Positions 12,263 through 25,405 of a DNA stretch of 38,930 nt are shown in pieces (position 1 is the first letter of the stretch; the number at the start of each line of letters is the position of its first letter). The notes under the pieces were generated by a model that was not told the DNA's origin, searched no databases, and worked only from the letters and a program-made list of their open reading frames with translations. This DNA is from Octopus bimaculoides. Lineage: Eukaryota. The stretch is from positions 48,738,775 through 48,777,704 of the forward strand of contig NC_068991.1 in NCBI RefSeq assembly GCF_001194135.2, given 5' to 3'. The translations under genes were made by a program, and so were the position numbers.

Positions 12263-12784
12263 TCTCGATGTACTGCAACCCACGAGTTTTGATCAGTGGT
12301 TCCTTTCATTTTACTTGACCTTGCCAACGTTGTTACAACGGTCATGCGCACTGCTTTTACTTCACCGATTAAAATGAGAGAAAAATAAAAGCAAGAACCG
12401 ATATGGTTCGGCTTTCTATTCTCTGGGATCAAATGAAATATGTGACTTACTTTGAACACATATTCCTGAAATTTTGTGCGCTGCATTACATTTCTAGGCT
12501 AGTCCTCGTTCTGCATCGTCAAATCAACTTGCATCTAACTCTCAAAATATAATCCTCACTTTAACACTTGTATGTAAATTTTCTTTTAATCTTTTTAATT
12601 TTCTAATCCTATTTTTCAAGTCTAACATCAGATTCAATTCATCAATTTTCTTCTTCTTTTGGCTTATTTTATTCTTTATAAATTAAATGTCTTTCTGCAA
12701 GTCTTTGAAGAATCAACTAGTCTTTAAACAGCTTTCCGTCTAACAAACTGAACGATCTGTTTCATATTATCATATTTGTGCAAT

Positions 12785-13050
12785 GCGAAAGGATGAAAGG
12801 CAAAGTAGACCTCGGCAGTATTTTAACTCAGAACGTAGCGACGGGCGAAATACCGCTAAGTATGCTGCCTGGCGTGCTAACGGTTCTGCCAGCTCGCCAC
12901 CTCAATAATGATAATAATAAAAATCCTTTCGACTTTAGGAACAAGGCCTAAAATTTTGGGGAAGGCATTAAGCTTATTACATCGACTCCAGTACGTAACT
13001 GGTACTTATTTAATCGACCCCGAAAGGATGAAAGGCAAAATTGACCTCGA
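12785..13050 (-). mobile_element. SINE family D, circularly permuted or eroded tandem unit (3' half - (ATT)n - 5' half)
   Basis: The minus strand begins and ends with the same about 30-nt internal motif gaggtc(g)actttgcctttcatcctttcg. Confidence 0.8.
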
Positions 13051-13514
13051 TACAAACACATACATACTAATACAGATATGCAAACATGTAATATTACATA
13101 CTATAAACTTAGTTACACAAGCTCATGTAGAAGTGTCGCTAATCATAAATATTTAGATCTTTAGTTGTTTACAGACTGTTTTCTATGCGAGAAAGTGTTA
13201 CACACGCTCGGCCGTATAAACACATTCCCACACACATATACTCATACATGTATACATGAGTGTATATATGTATATATGTGTGCGTGTGTATGTGACTGCG
13301 TGCGTGCGTGCGTGTGTGTGTGTGTGTGTCTGTGTCTGTGACTGTGTGTAACTATGTATCTATGTACGATGGTGAGCGAGCCGAAACGTCAAAATCGCTT
13401 CCAATCTTTTCTTGGAAATGTTTATAATCATATACACTGCAAAAAGCAAACAAAAAAAAAATTGAAGAATCCTTCAGTGAAATGTTAAATGGTCTTTTTT
13501 TTCAAATATAAAAC

Positions 13515-13661
13515 TTTCCATCTATAAAATCCACTCACAAGGCTTTGGTCGGTCCGAGGTCATAGTAGAAGGCAATTGACCAAGATGCCACGCAGTGGAA
13601 CTGAAATCGGAACCATGTGGTTGAAAAGCAAGCTTGTTACCATACAGCCATTTCTGCGCCT
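13515..13661 (-). mobile_element. Composite SINE family A, head and core
   Basis: Reverse complement reads ggcgcagaaatggctgtatggtaac...ggttccgatttcagttccactgcgtggcatcttgg, as in the 21502 copy. Confidence 0.85.
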
Positions 13662-13723
13662 ATATATACATGTATGTGTACGTGAGTGTGTGTGTGTGTG
13701 TGTATCTATATTTATCTATCTAT

Positions 13724-13811
<88 letters not shown>

Positions 13812-13919
13812 TTCACGGACAGATACACTTGGAGATAGATAAACAGCGAGAGAGAGAGAGAGAGAGAGGTGGGGAGAGATCTAATGTTATATCGTATACA
13901 TCACCTGTGTGATTCATCA

Positions 13920-15119
13920 TTACTTGCTTTTGATTTTGTCGAGTACACAGTATAGTTGGGTCAGTTGGGCACCGTCTGTGAGAAAAGCAGCTTCATGGTG
14001 CAATTCACTCTGCCAGAAATCTGGAAACGACATACTGTACTGCTTGGTATTCGCACCGGAAGCTCCAATACAAACATTTCAGAGTGTTTGAGTGTCAATC
14101 TGAGGACTGTGTGGAGGATTCGGAAAGAGTTAGCTGAGTCTCATGGGGATAACGAAGGTACGGCAGCACGGAAAACTCATTTTGACTGTTCTGATAACAA
14201 AAGAATTCCTGAATTTGTTGGCGAGCTCCAGGCTATAATGGACAACGATCCCTATAAGTCAATCAGGTCCATCACCAGGGACATGGGAGTGTCTAAGTTT
14301 CTTATCAGACAGGTAGTGCATACAGATATTCGGTATTCCTTATACAATATGAGAAAAGGCCAATTTTTATCCCAAGCATCCCCTCCAACTGAACATAACA
14401 TGCGTTGTTTTTTTCTCAGACGAGAAAAATTTCTACCAGAATCAGATGGTGAACACACAAAACAACCGTTGGCTTGCTGTGTCCCCGAAACATGTACCGA
14501 GAGTGATAAAAATCAAACATCCAGTCAAAATCATGTTGTTTGGAGTGATCACTAGTAATGGCGATGTTATGTTTCCATTTATCTTCCCACACCGCCTCGT
14601 ACTCAACACCGAGGCCTACATCAAGTGCCTGGAGTAGATAGTGCTGTTCTGGTTCAAGAGGGTGGCTGTTGGAAGACCCTATGTCTGGCAACAGGACTCT
14701 GCACCATGCCACGCAAACAGGAAATCCCAGTCATGGCTGTCAGACAATTTCTGCGACCATATCACCCTTAACATCTGGCCACCTAACTCCCCAGACTTTA
14801 ACCCTCTTGGTTGTTATATGTGGGCGCAGTTGAGCGAGAGACCAACAAAACTCCTTGTAACACTAAAGACGAACTGATGAAGAGGATTACAGCAGCATTC
14901 ACCAACCTAAACAAGGAGAATGTCCGGAAGAGTTGCAGGAGATTCCGCAGCCGTCTGGAGGCTGTGGTTGAAACCAATGGCGATGTTATTGAATGAATTT
15001 CCCCTTTAGTATTTCAAGATATTTTTATGTAATTTTGGTAAATATATCTATTAAAATGAAATGTCAGTGTTATCTTCATTTCTGCGTAATTTAGACGATA
15101 ATTGTTTCACCGCACCCTG
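13920..15119 (+). mobile_element. DD37D/maT-like Tc1/mariner transposon relic with frameshifted transposase; right TIR only
   Basis: HTH region (TNISECLSVNLRTVWRIRKEL), FFSDEKNF, and QQDSAPCH...WPPNSPDFNPL(G) with 37 residues between the second and third catalytic positions (third D mutated to G). Right end ...ttgtttcaccgcaccctg|TA. Left TIR not found. Confidence 0.9.
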
Positions 15120-15270
15120 TATATATANNNNNNNNNNNNNNNNNNNNNNNNNNNNNNNNNNNNNNNNNNNNNNNNNNNNNNNNNNNNNNNNNNNNNNNNN
15201 NNNNNNNNNNNNNNNNNNNNNNNNNNNNNNNNNNNNNNNNNNNNNNNNNNNNNNNNNNNNNNNNNNNNNN

Positions 15271-15309
<39 letters not shown>

Positions 15310-15556
15310 ATGTATGTATGTATACGTGCATACATGTATATGCACAAACGCACACAATCACACACAAGCACACACACGCACATACACATGTGTATATGGA
15401 GAGAGTAAGACAATCAGAGATTGAGTGAGTGAGTGAATGAGTGAGTGAGTGAGTGAGTGAGTGAGTGCGTGAGTGAGTGAAGGTGTGAGTGAGACATTTA
15501 GAAATCATTGCTTCATAAATCCTAACGTCGCATTTAGAGGAAAACTGCAAACTTAC

Positions 15557-15601
15557 CCATTATGGAAACTGTACCACCTACCATTTTTCCATAATCGATG
15601 G
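15557..15601 (-). other. Candidate 45-nt coding exon of an unidentified gene
   Basis: Acceptor tttttgcattatttcacag and donor GG|gtaagt. Open in phase 1-1 (xIDYGKMVGGTVSIMG) and phase 2-2 (HRLWKNGRWYSFHN). No homology recognised. Confidence 0.38.
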
Positions 15602-15689
15602 CTGTGAAATAATGCAAAAATTATCGATCAAAACCTAGAACAACAAGCATTAGCCGTACTAAAAATAAAAATATCTAGATTGCCATCAT

Positions 15690-16350
15690 GCTAAATAAAC
15701 TGTTGTTATCATGCTAAACAATTACAAAAGAAACTAAATAACAGAGTGTAATTACAATACCAGATTGTTGTAGTTGTAACTTCTTGGATTGCGTGGTCCT
15801 GAAATCACAGGTTTATGCGATATGGTCAGTTCTATTCGCAGCAAACTCCACTTCAAGCAATACTTCAGTGAAAGTGTAGATCATAAAAATAGTTTCTGTC
15901 AGACTCTGTTCAATTTGTATCAATCAAAAGCTTTCGATTATGTTGACCATCAGGACTTGTCACCAATCTTCGAAGAGCCGGTATTAGTTCGATTTTCAGG
16001 GCCCGGATCGCTTCGATGTACAGTGGCATCTACTAAGTGATTTAACAAATATTGACATCTCGAACCCACTTCCCGTCATTCGGTCGACCTCTCGCAAATT
16101 TCCTCTTTAAGCCTTTCTACTTGTGTTTACTCTGGAGTCATTTCTGTGGTATCTCATGATTTTGAGTGGCATTCCTTTTGACCTGTAACGTAGAAGTTCA
16201 TTGCCAACATACGTGGATAATTTCACCGTATGAATGTTGTACAATGTTTTAAACGAATACGATGTGCTGATATGAGTAAAGATTAACACGGGCAAGTCAG
16301 TGGGATGCAATTACAAGCTGAATGGTTGGACTCACTTTGACGTAGACTGA
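15690..16350 (+). pseudogene. L1/Tx1-clade LINE reverse transcriptase fragment
   Basis: Frameshifted translation: LFNLYQSKAFDYVDH, FRARIASMYSGI, PLPVIRSTSRKFPL*AFLLVFTLESFL, TYVDNFTV (YADD-like), VKINTGKSVG. These are colinear with the L1/Tx1 RT motifs. Confidence 0.75.
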
Positions 16351-17502
16351 GAGGAACTTAGCGCTGATGACAGGCAGAAGTGATGATGCGATATATATAT
16401 ATACCATGTTTTATTTCCGTCTAAGCTAGGTTAGACCATCGGCGCTTTTTATTCTTGAAATCTCTAATATGCTAAGAAGGAAGAGAAATTAGAAGGACGA
16501 TAGATGTACCAGAACAGGCAATATTAAGAGTAGATCTTGGTGGTTGTTGTGGCAACAGCACTACAAACTGAACCTTGGAACATAGCGAAGGAGATCATTG
16601 CGTGAGAAATCCGAAAAACGAACGAAGCAGAGATCCCCACCCTCACTGCCAGTAAGTAACAGCTCATCTTATTGTAATGAAGAGGAGACAAGGGAGTTCG
16701 CAAAGGAAAAACAAAGATAAACAACAGAAGATAGAGGGAATCGACTATATGTTGAGGGAATCTACTATACCGGAAGGGAGTATCTCCTTACAAAGTTATT
16801 CAGCTACCTCGTGATTTTAGGTGAGAACCAGGAACTGTGTGTAAAGCAATAAAAAAATACTTTGATAATTGAAGGGGTGTAGAGACACCCCTACTGGAAG
16901 CAATTATTTGGGGAAAGATCACGCTAAAAATTGAGAAATATTTTATGGGATATTCAGCACAAAATTTTTTACCGTTAGAGTTTCAGTAGACACAGTAAAT
17001 GCTCATGGGTGCATTTCGGGGCACCCGTTTCCGAAACAACTTGTATCAGGTACAGAAAGTCATGGGGATTTTCTGATCCGACCTTGTTAATATCCTCTCT
17101 GACCCATGTCAAAGTAGGCTACTTATGTTCTTTAAATTATATCTTTTCCAAAAGATCTAATGTTATTACATAACCATTTATTGTAATTTGCATATACATG
17201 TATAGTTAATTCATACCAAATTCTTTTATATACACGTACATACGCACGTGGACACTCACACACACACATGTACACACATGCATGCTCATGCGTCACATGT
17301 GTATTCCAGTTCAAGCACACTGACTCACACACACACATTCACATATTTACTAAAACGACTTCACTCCTTCACTGAATTTTGACTGAGTTATTTTCAATCT
17401 GGTCTCTCACCAAACGTTTTGTAACGCCTACGCATAACGATTTTCTGTTATCTTTATAAATATTTATATATAAGTATACATATATATATGCGGTAGGTGC
17501 GT

Positions 17503-17554
<52 letters not shown>

Positions 17555-17854
17555 TTGTGTGTGTATTTTCGGTGATGTCATTATTTCGTATTTTTCTATG
17601 GTTTATTTTGATTTGTTGTTCGTATCCAGTGCTTAACCGGTGTTTGTTGTAGTTGGAAGCTTTGATACGGAAATGTCGAACGATGGAAATGAGTGCTCAA
17701 CACCGCATTGGTGGATATAATTTCTTTATTTGAGAATTAAGACTACTAGTTTTTTCACTTTAAGAAAAGTAGGAAAATATCCTAGTGTCTTAACAATTTT
17801 TCAAGCCCATCACATGGAGAAAGGTGTTCGCCTTTATTTTGGAAAATAGTTTTC

Positions 17855-17890
17855 CTCCCCGCAAATATCAGGCTTTGTGCCTATAATAGA

Positions 17891-17965
<75 letters not shown>

Positions 17966-18195
17966 AGTGGTGAGCTGGCAGATTCGTTAGCACTCCGGGC
18001 AAAGTGCTTAGCGGTACTTTGTTCCTCCTTACGATCTTAGTTCAAATTACGCCGAGGTCGACTTTGCCTTTCATCCTTTCGGGGTCTATGAAATAAGTAC
18101 CAGTCAAGCAGTGGGTTTGATGTAACAGGCTATCACCTTCCCCCCAAATTCCAGGCCCTGTGCTAACTTTTATAGTAGAAAGGATGATTATTATT
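17855..18195 (+). mobile_element. SINE family D: tail fragment + (ATT)n + full-length copy (from 17964)
   Basis: Tail 'ggctttgtgcctataatagaaag', then about (ATT)23, then 'gtggtgagctggcagattcgttagc...gttcaaattacgccgaggtcgactttgcc'. Confidence 0.88.
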
Positions 18196-18345
18196 GTTGT
18201 GTTGTTGCTGTTGTTGTTATTGTTGCTATTATCATGTTGTTCTTGTTGTTGTAGTTGCTATCGATGTTGTTGGTAATTTAGTTTAACGAGCAAAGTATTA
18301 CATTATGCAAACTTCTTTTAAATATCGTTTCTATTGTTTACTAAC

Positions 18346-18389
18346 CTTTCCGTTCATGAAAAATATATACTTGTTTATCAGAAAAATTT
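18346..18389 (-). other. Candidate 44-nt exon
   Basis: Acceptor tagttttctttag and donor AAG|gttagt. The phase 2-1 frame NFSDKQVYIFHERK joins in frame to 15601-15557. Confidence 0.25.
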
Positions 18390-19878
18390 CTAAAGAAAAC
18401 TATCGCCATACACAAAGCCAGACAGTATTAAGAGAGAGACGTTAACAAAAACAGTAAAGAATCCATAAAGACAACAAAACCTCTCATATTATAAAATATC
18501 TAGAGATAATTATAGTTACCTACGTATTTATAGTAATATTTGTTTTTAGCTTAGACAAAAGCTATCTAGATTTATCCTTCGATGTTCCAAACAAATCGAT
18601 TTTAAGCCCACAAATATGTACGTATTTACGAATGTAATTATATATATATATATATATNNNNNNNNNNNNNNNNNNNNNNNNNNNNNNNNNNNNNNNNNNN
18701 NNNNNNNNNNNNNNNNNNNNNNNNNNNNNNNNNNNNNNNNNNNNNNNNNNNNNNNNNNNNNNNNNNNNNNNNNNNNNNNNNNNNNNNNNNNNNNNNNNNN
18801 NNNNNNNNNNNNNNNNNNNNNNNNNNNNNNNNNNNNNNNNNNNNNNNNNNNNNNNNNNNNNNNNNNNNNNNNNNNNNNNNNNNNNNNNNNNNNNNNNNNN
18901 NNNNNNNNNNNNNNNNNNNNNNNNNNNNNNNNNNNNNNNNNNNNNNNNNNNNNNNNNNNNNNNNNNNNNNNNNNNNNNNNNNNNNNNNNNNNNNNNNNNN
19001 NNNNNNNNNNNNNNNNNNNNNNNNNNNNNNNNNNNNNNNNNNNNNNNNNNNNNNNNNNNNNNNNNNNNNNNNNNNNNNNNNNNNNNNNNNNNNNNNNNNN
19101 NNNNNNNNNNNNNNNNNNNNNNNNNNNNNNNNNNNNNNNNNNNNNNNNNNNNNNNNNNNNNNNNNNNNNNNNNNNNNNNNNNNNNNNNNNNNNNNNNNNN
19201 NNNNNNNNNNNNNNNNNNNNNNNNNNNNNNNNNNNNNNNNNNNNNNNNNNNNNNNATATATACATATAAACATACATATATGCGCGTGTGTGTATATATA
19301 CAGATATATATATATATACATGTATATATTTGTTTATACACACGTATATATATAATCATATATGCGCATACATATATACATATATAAACATATTTATGTA
19401 TGTATATTTTTTCCCTTAAATTATTGATATCAGTAAGATCTTGAGAGTAATATTTATGGCTAAATTTAGACGAACATATAACATCGGGCATAAAAATACT
19501 GATGCTATTTATATAACTATCGATTCTATTTGTCTTATTTAGTTTTAGACACAATCTTTCACATATGTATGTTTATAGATTTATGTCGTAGATTTGAGCA
19601 TTCTCCTCAGTATATGTATGGGGGTGTTACCATTTTATTAAATTATGTTCAATGATGACTACGTAGATATCATTGATCCTCAGTGGATTTTTTTGTTGTT
19701 TTTTGTTTTTATTTGAATCAAGAGGGAAAGCAGTTTCCATGACATGACAATGCCAAAGACTGGTGGGGCAGTGAGTTCGTAAAGTGTCCTGACACTGGAA
19801 ACATAGACCAAATGCTTGCAACAGAATGGGTTCCTGTAAAGACACCCTAAGTTGTTTGGTAATGGTGTTATGCGTGAC

Positions 19879-20266
19879 TTGTTGTTGGCACTCCGTCGCT
19901 TACGACGTCGAGGGTTCCAGTTGATCCGATCAATGGTACAGCCTGCACGTGAAATTAACGTGCAAGTGACTGAGCACTCCACAGACACGTGTACTCTTAA
20001 CGTAGTTCTCGGGGATATTCAGCGTGACACAGAATGTGACAAGGCTGACCCTTCGAATTACAGGCACAACAGAAACAGGAAGTAAGAGTGAGAGAAAGTT
20101 GTGGTGAAGGAGTACGGCAGGGATCGCCAGCATCCGCTGCCGGAGCCTCGTGGGGCTTTAGGTGTTTTCGCTCAATAAACACTCACAACGCCCGTTCTGG
20201 GAATCGAAACCGCGATCCTATGATCGCGAGTCCGCTGCCCTAACCACTGGGCCATTGCGACTCCAC
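19879..20266 (-). mobile_element. SINE family B, full length, tRNA-Arg-like head
   Basis: Minus strand gtggagtcgcaatggcccagtggttagggcagcggactcgcg...ggtttcgattccc (A and B boxes, TCG anticodon-like loop) and (CAA)n tail. 11-bp target-site duplication tatgc(g/c)tgact at 19869-19879 and 20267-20277. Confidence 0.93.
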
Positions 20267-20334
20267 TATGCCTGACTATTACTTAATTTAACGATATGCA
20301 GACGCGTATTATGACAGTTCAATATGTCTTTTAT

Positions 20335-20715
20335 CATCTATCTGTTAATTGTTTTAGTCATTAGACCGCGGCCATGCTGGGGCACCGCCTTTCAAGAACT
20401 TTTTTAGTCGAATGAATGGACTCTAGTGCTTATCTTATCGGCGTCTTTTGCCGAACGTCTAACATACGTGAAGGTACACAAACCAACACCGGTTGTCATG
20501 CGCTGATGACACACACACGCACACACATACACACACAGAGACACAAGCGCACACACACATAAACACACACACACACACGTATATACACACGACGGGCTTC
20601 TTTCAATTTCCGTCTACCAAATCCACACACAAGGCCATGATCGACCCGAGGTTACAAAGGGAGGCACTTGTCTAAGGTGCCACGTAGTGGGACTGAACCC
20701 AGAAGCAAGCTTCTT
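20335..20715 (-). mobile_element. Composite SINE family A with internal (CA)n tract
   Basis: Colinear with 4730-5115. Confidence 0.88.
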
Positions 20716-21276
20716 TTGCTTTGTCAGAAAAATTTCTTCCAATGTACTTGTAATGATCAACCCTGTCTTATGTTTGTAGCGCAATTAATGAATGAAACGT
20801 ATGAGCTTATGTCCTCTTCTTGTCTCCTGTTACTGACAATGTAGCAGACGACAAGGTAAATAGAATAAAATACAATACACAAAAAGACAAACATAATTGT
20901 GTGTTAAAACAAGTATAAAATATTAAAAGTGCAGCCTTACGAAGATGCACACATAAAGCAGCTAAAGACAAATATTATCTCTATAATATTCGGTATCATG
21001 CCTTTATTTTGCACAAAATGTTTGATTAAGAAGTTAATCTCAGCGAGGTTGCAGGAGTTGATTTGATATATGATGAATTCCAGCCTACTGTCGCCAGCGC
21101 CTTAATGTCCAGCATTATTTCATTCTACATTTTGTGTGGTAAAAAATTGTTTACCAGTCTCTTCTCACCGGAACTGCATATGTGGGTGTGTGTGTGTGCG
21201 TGTGTGTGTGTGTGCGTGCGTGTGTGTGTGTGCGTGCGTGCGTGCATGTATGTATGTATGTATGTATGTTTGTATG

Positions 21277-21367
<91 letters not shown>

Positions 21368-21501
21368 AACTGTATAGGGTACAATTATACAATTATATAT
21401 CTCTAAAATTATATTTTACCTAAAAGGTTTTATATGCTGTCCACTGATAAGATTCCTTACTTTTATTGATTTTATCGTTTAATTATATATATATATATAT
21501 A

Positions 21502-21740
21502 GGCGCAGGAGTGGCTGTGTGGTAAGTAGCTTGCTTACCAACCACGTGGTTCCGAGTTCAGTCCCACTGCGTGGGAGTCTGGGCAAGTGTCTTCTGCTAT
21601 AGCCTGGGGCCGGCAAAAGATAGAATAAGTACTAACCTTACAAAGAATAAGTCCTGGGGTCGATTTGCTCGACTAAAGGCGGTGCTCCAGCATGGCCGCA
21701 GTCAAATGACTGAAACAAGTAAAAGAGTAAATGAGTAAAT
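21502..21740 (+). mobile_element. Composite SINE family A with internal deletion removing the microsatellite
   Basis: The head/core joins directly to the 3' domain at 'gggccggcaaaagatagaataagtact' (about 21608-21632). Confidence 0.88.
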
Positions 21741-23278
21741 AGTATATATATGTCTCGATGTGTATTCCTTTGCCATGCAACATTGACGATTGAGACGTGC
21801 ATGCGACAAGACGGACGAACCTTTTCAAATGAAATTCCTTGCGACATTTGTTCAACAACGTGTCATAGACACTCTTTTGTCACTGCCGCCTTAGCAAATG
21901 CAGTCAAACAAGTATTAGCTTCTTGGTCATCTGTAATATTATTTTGGTGAACATTGGTGATGCTATCTTACACAAACTGCGTTATACAATAAATAAGAAG
22001 AGAATAAATTATTGCATTAATAAGCCGAAACCTAATATCACATTTACTCGCATTTAACATCATCGCAACCTATCACAAACGATAGTGTATCTCCAAATGG
22101 GCATAATGCGCATATGTCATTACGGATTGCCAATATAATCGTTCTATAAGAGCTGTTTCCATTCACTTGCACTATTGAGATGAAATACAAGCATGGGTGT
22201 CATTTTTAGAAATCGACAGGGTTCGTTACTTACAGATATGAAGATCTGATTAAGACGTCAAACGGTTTACCCAACAATATAACATCTTATATGAGGAAAA
22301 TTAAACATTGATTGACAAGATTAAAATGTTTGCTGCTTTCAGCTGTTGACTTATATTTACTTTCTACATCGTTGAATAAAGCCAAATATTTGTGTTATAA
22401 TCATTGACCATTGATCAGTGATCGTATATATATACATATATATTATTTGACCATGTTTATTGATCAATCAAAGATTTAAAATGTGTTCACTTCAGCAATT
22501 ATCTGGGTAATATTCATATAAATGTTCCTCGTAATGTTAAAGTCTTTTAGCTTCGAAGCAAGGTCGAGAAAATTGCTTGGGAGTCTTATAACGTTTCTAG
22601 GCTTTGCTTTAGTTTGTTTCCTCTTCAAATTCTACAAACCATGCCTTCCTGCTTGTATCTACCTCTCTCTTTTCTCGCTGTCTTTCTCCCTCTCTGTCGC
22701 TGTCTCTCTCCCTGTTTCGCATGTTAGGGGCGCATCATTGAGTTTCTTACATTATGAGCAATAGATATTTAAACTATGATATTGCGCGCGCACATTTGCA
22801 TAGCGCGCGCGTGTGGGTGATGATATATTCAAGGACGCGTGATTAAACCTAATTTCTATTTCTTAAGCTGTTCAACACACACTTCTCTAAACGCCCAGTC
22901 TCTTATCAGCTTAACCGTGAATAACCCAATTGTGTTTTTGTGTATATATATATATATATATATATNNNNNNNNNNNNNNNNNNNNNNNNNNNNNNNNNNN
23001 NNNNNNNNNNNNNNNNNNNNNNNNNNNNNNNNNNNNNNNNNNNNNNNNNNNNNNNNNNNNNNNNNNNNNNTATTCAAGTTGCATTTAGTCTGTGATATGT
23101 GGTTTGCGCTTGAAGAATATGTTTGAGTTTTCTCAACATATGAAACTATTAGTAGCGCTTTAATACATGTATCATACCCTTTAAATAAATAATATATATA
23201 TATGTATATATGTCTGTATATATACATATATGTATGTACATATATACACGCATACATCTATACATACATACACACACA

Positions 23279-23326
<48 letters not shown>

Positions 23327-24140
23327 CATATATAAATTAAGTAGTAAAACATCTCACTAACTGAGTAATTCAAGTTGCCTTTAGTTTATCTATTAGAGGA
23401 TTTAAATTCAGCATTTCAGTTTAATTGAAAAGGTTAGCGTTGTTTTTGCATTGCATTTCATCGGGTGAATATTCTAACTTATCTACTAACTCAGTGCTTC
23501 ATTTTCATTTATTACTTATTAGGTACTCAAATCTAACGGTGGTTGACTTTGCCTTTCATCCTTCACGGCGTCTACAAAATAAATAAGGTAACAACCAAGT
23601 ATTCCACAGATGAAAAATGGTGGTTGAGAAACCTAGTTTTAGACAGTCGGACTAAAAGCCCGCCACACAGAATTTCATTTCAGCCCTTCATATTCTGAGG
23701 TTAAACCTCGTACGTTATCGCCCCGGTATCGCTAGATAAGAGTAGCGAAGTTTTTCACAAGAAATCTGTTGAAGTGATTTCATTTAATATATACTAACAT
23801 ATACAACTAAACACGACTTTTACAAAAGATTTGGCTCTGTGCCAATACGATAGACAATTAAGAAGTGAAAGCGAAAAATGTATTTTGGGCGTTTCTTTGT
23901 AAATGAGTCTGTGTGTTTATGCCTGAGAATAAACTACTGTCATTACTACTAGTGGTACTAAAAGTAGTATTTTTGACTCTACTATCGCTGCCGCCGCCAT
24001 CAGACCTGCTTTGACCGTTATTAAGTAATTCAGTTTGTTCTGTTACGAAATACGTAAAAATTTTCTGAACTGCATATCATCATCAGAGAAAAAAAAAAAA
24101 AAAGGGGAAAATAAAAAGTAACGAATTCCTGCATTCGCAG

Positions 24141-24243
24141 CTACTGCTGCCAAGAATGTTGGCTGTCTATCATACTTGCTATCTTCATTTGCGTTCCATT
24201 GGGATATCGTTGCTATGCAACAAGATGACACAGTGGGATGTAT
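24141..24243 (+). other. Candidate 103-nt exon
   Basis: Acceptor ttcctgcattcgcag and donor TAT|gtaagc; locally GC-richer. Two frames are open and the third reads YCCQECWLSIILAIFICVPLGYRCYATR* (TM-like). Unassigned. Confidence 0.28.
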
Positions 24244-24334
24244 GTAAGCTTTCATATGCTTTGAATAATGTAAGTTTATACGTTTTGAGTTATACGACAC
24301 GATGACATGAAGGTGCTTCCTATGCTTGTTTGCA

Positions 24335-24397
24335 TATTATTATTATTATTATTATTATTACTACTACTAGTATTATTATTACTACTACTACTACTAC

Positions 24398-24451
<54 letters not shown>

Positions 24452-24485
24452 CAGCGGTAGTAGTAGTAGCAGCAGCAGTAGCAAT

Positions 24486-24551
<66 letters not shown>

Positions 24552-24575
24552 CGTAGTAGTAGTAGTAGTGTTGTA
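24335..24575. repeat. Compound trinucleotide tract (ATT)n/(CTA)n/(TAG)n/(GCA)n
   Basis: Direct reading; this is the source of the poly-T/S/V/Y ORFs. Confidence 0.95.
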
Positions 24576-24584
24576 GTATTTGTA

Positions 24585-24793
24585 GCGAGTTGGGAGTATC
24601 GTTAGCACAACGGTCAAAAATGCTTTGTGGCATTTTTGTCCCTCTTTACGTTCTGAGTTCAAGTTCCACCCAGATCGACTTGCTTTTCATCCTTTCGAGG
24701 TCGGTAAATTAAGTACCAGTTGAGTATTGAGATTGATGAAATCGACTAGCCCTCTTCTATAAAATTCCAGGCCTTGTGCCTTTAGTAGAAAGG
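24585..24793 (+). mobile_element. SINE family D
   Basis: Same head, 'ttttcatcctttcgaggtcggtaaattaagtaccag' block and tail as the other copies. Confidence 0.85.
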
Positions 24794-24794
24794 G

Positions 24795-25170
24795 TACACC
24801 AGGCATATACATCACAACCATATGTGTGCGATATGGTGATCTTATACGAAGATAAACAGCATATGATCATGCAGGTGGGGCCCAGTTGGAGTGTTCTTCG
24901 GATCGAATAACCCATTCCATTTAGAAGGTCGCTGAATAAGGTTTGTTCAAAGATGTTGAATGAAACACACATGTTTCCAGAGGTGAATTATTCAAACCCC
25001 AAAGAATTCCTCTCAACACATGACTATAATGCCCTCCCCCACTACTGCTGCTCGTAATCAGAGCTGTACATATCGTCAGCCACTAAGAGATATGCTCAGC
25101 TGGTTATGGACAGGCAACTGACAAGCAAATCTGTAGAATTGAACAGAATATTTGCTATGGCCCATCTTTT
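24795..25170. mobile_element. Probable interspersed repeat of unknown class
   Basis: GC-richer block between SINE copies that I recall as a common octopus repeat. Single copy here and no coding motif. Confidence 0.3.
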
Positions 25171-25308
25171 ATACCAAGAAGAAACAAGAACATAATAACA
25201 CTGGCAATCAGCTAAGATCAGAAACCAATAGAGCCAGTGCCTGGTATTGCATCAGGGCAATTATTATTATCATTATCATCATCATCATCATCATCATCAT
25301 TATTATTA

Positions 25309-25402
<94 letters not shown>

Positions 25403-25405
25403 TAT

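Noticed and set aside
13368-13395. Half hammerhead 'gatggtgagcgagccgaaacgtc'
   Set aside because: No CUGANGA and no helix I.
15562-15590. 13/15 match to the 3' part of let-7 inside a 10-bp hairpin
   Set aside because: The seed region is absent and the hairpin is too short for a pre-miRNA.
16740-17100. Possible Tc1-like HTH relic (LYRKGVSPYKVIQL...TVCKAIKKY) with two small hairpins
   Set aside because: Multiple stops, no catalytic motifs and no TIRs found.
18546-19554. Long ORFs of 200-350 aa here and at 32306-33368 and 34828-35836
   Set aside because: They are artefacts of N-gaps and dinucleotide repeats.
20190-20266. tRNA-Arg gene
   Set aside because: The tRNA-like sequence is the head of a SINE with a body, tail and TSD; it lacks a proper acceptor stem.
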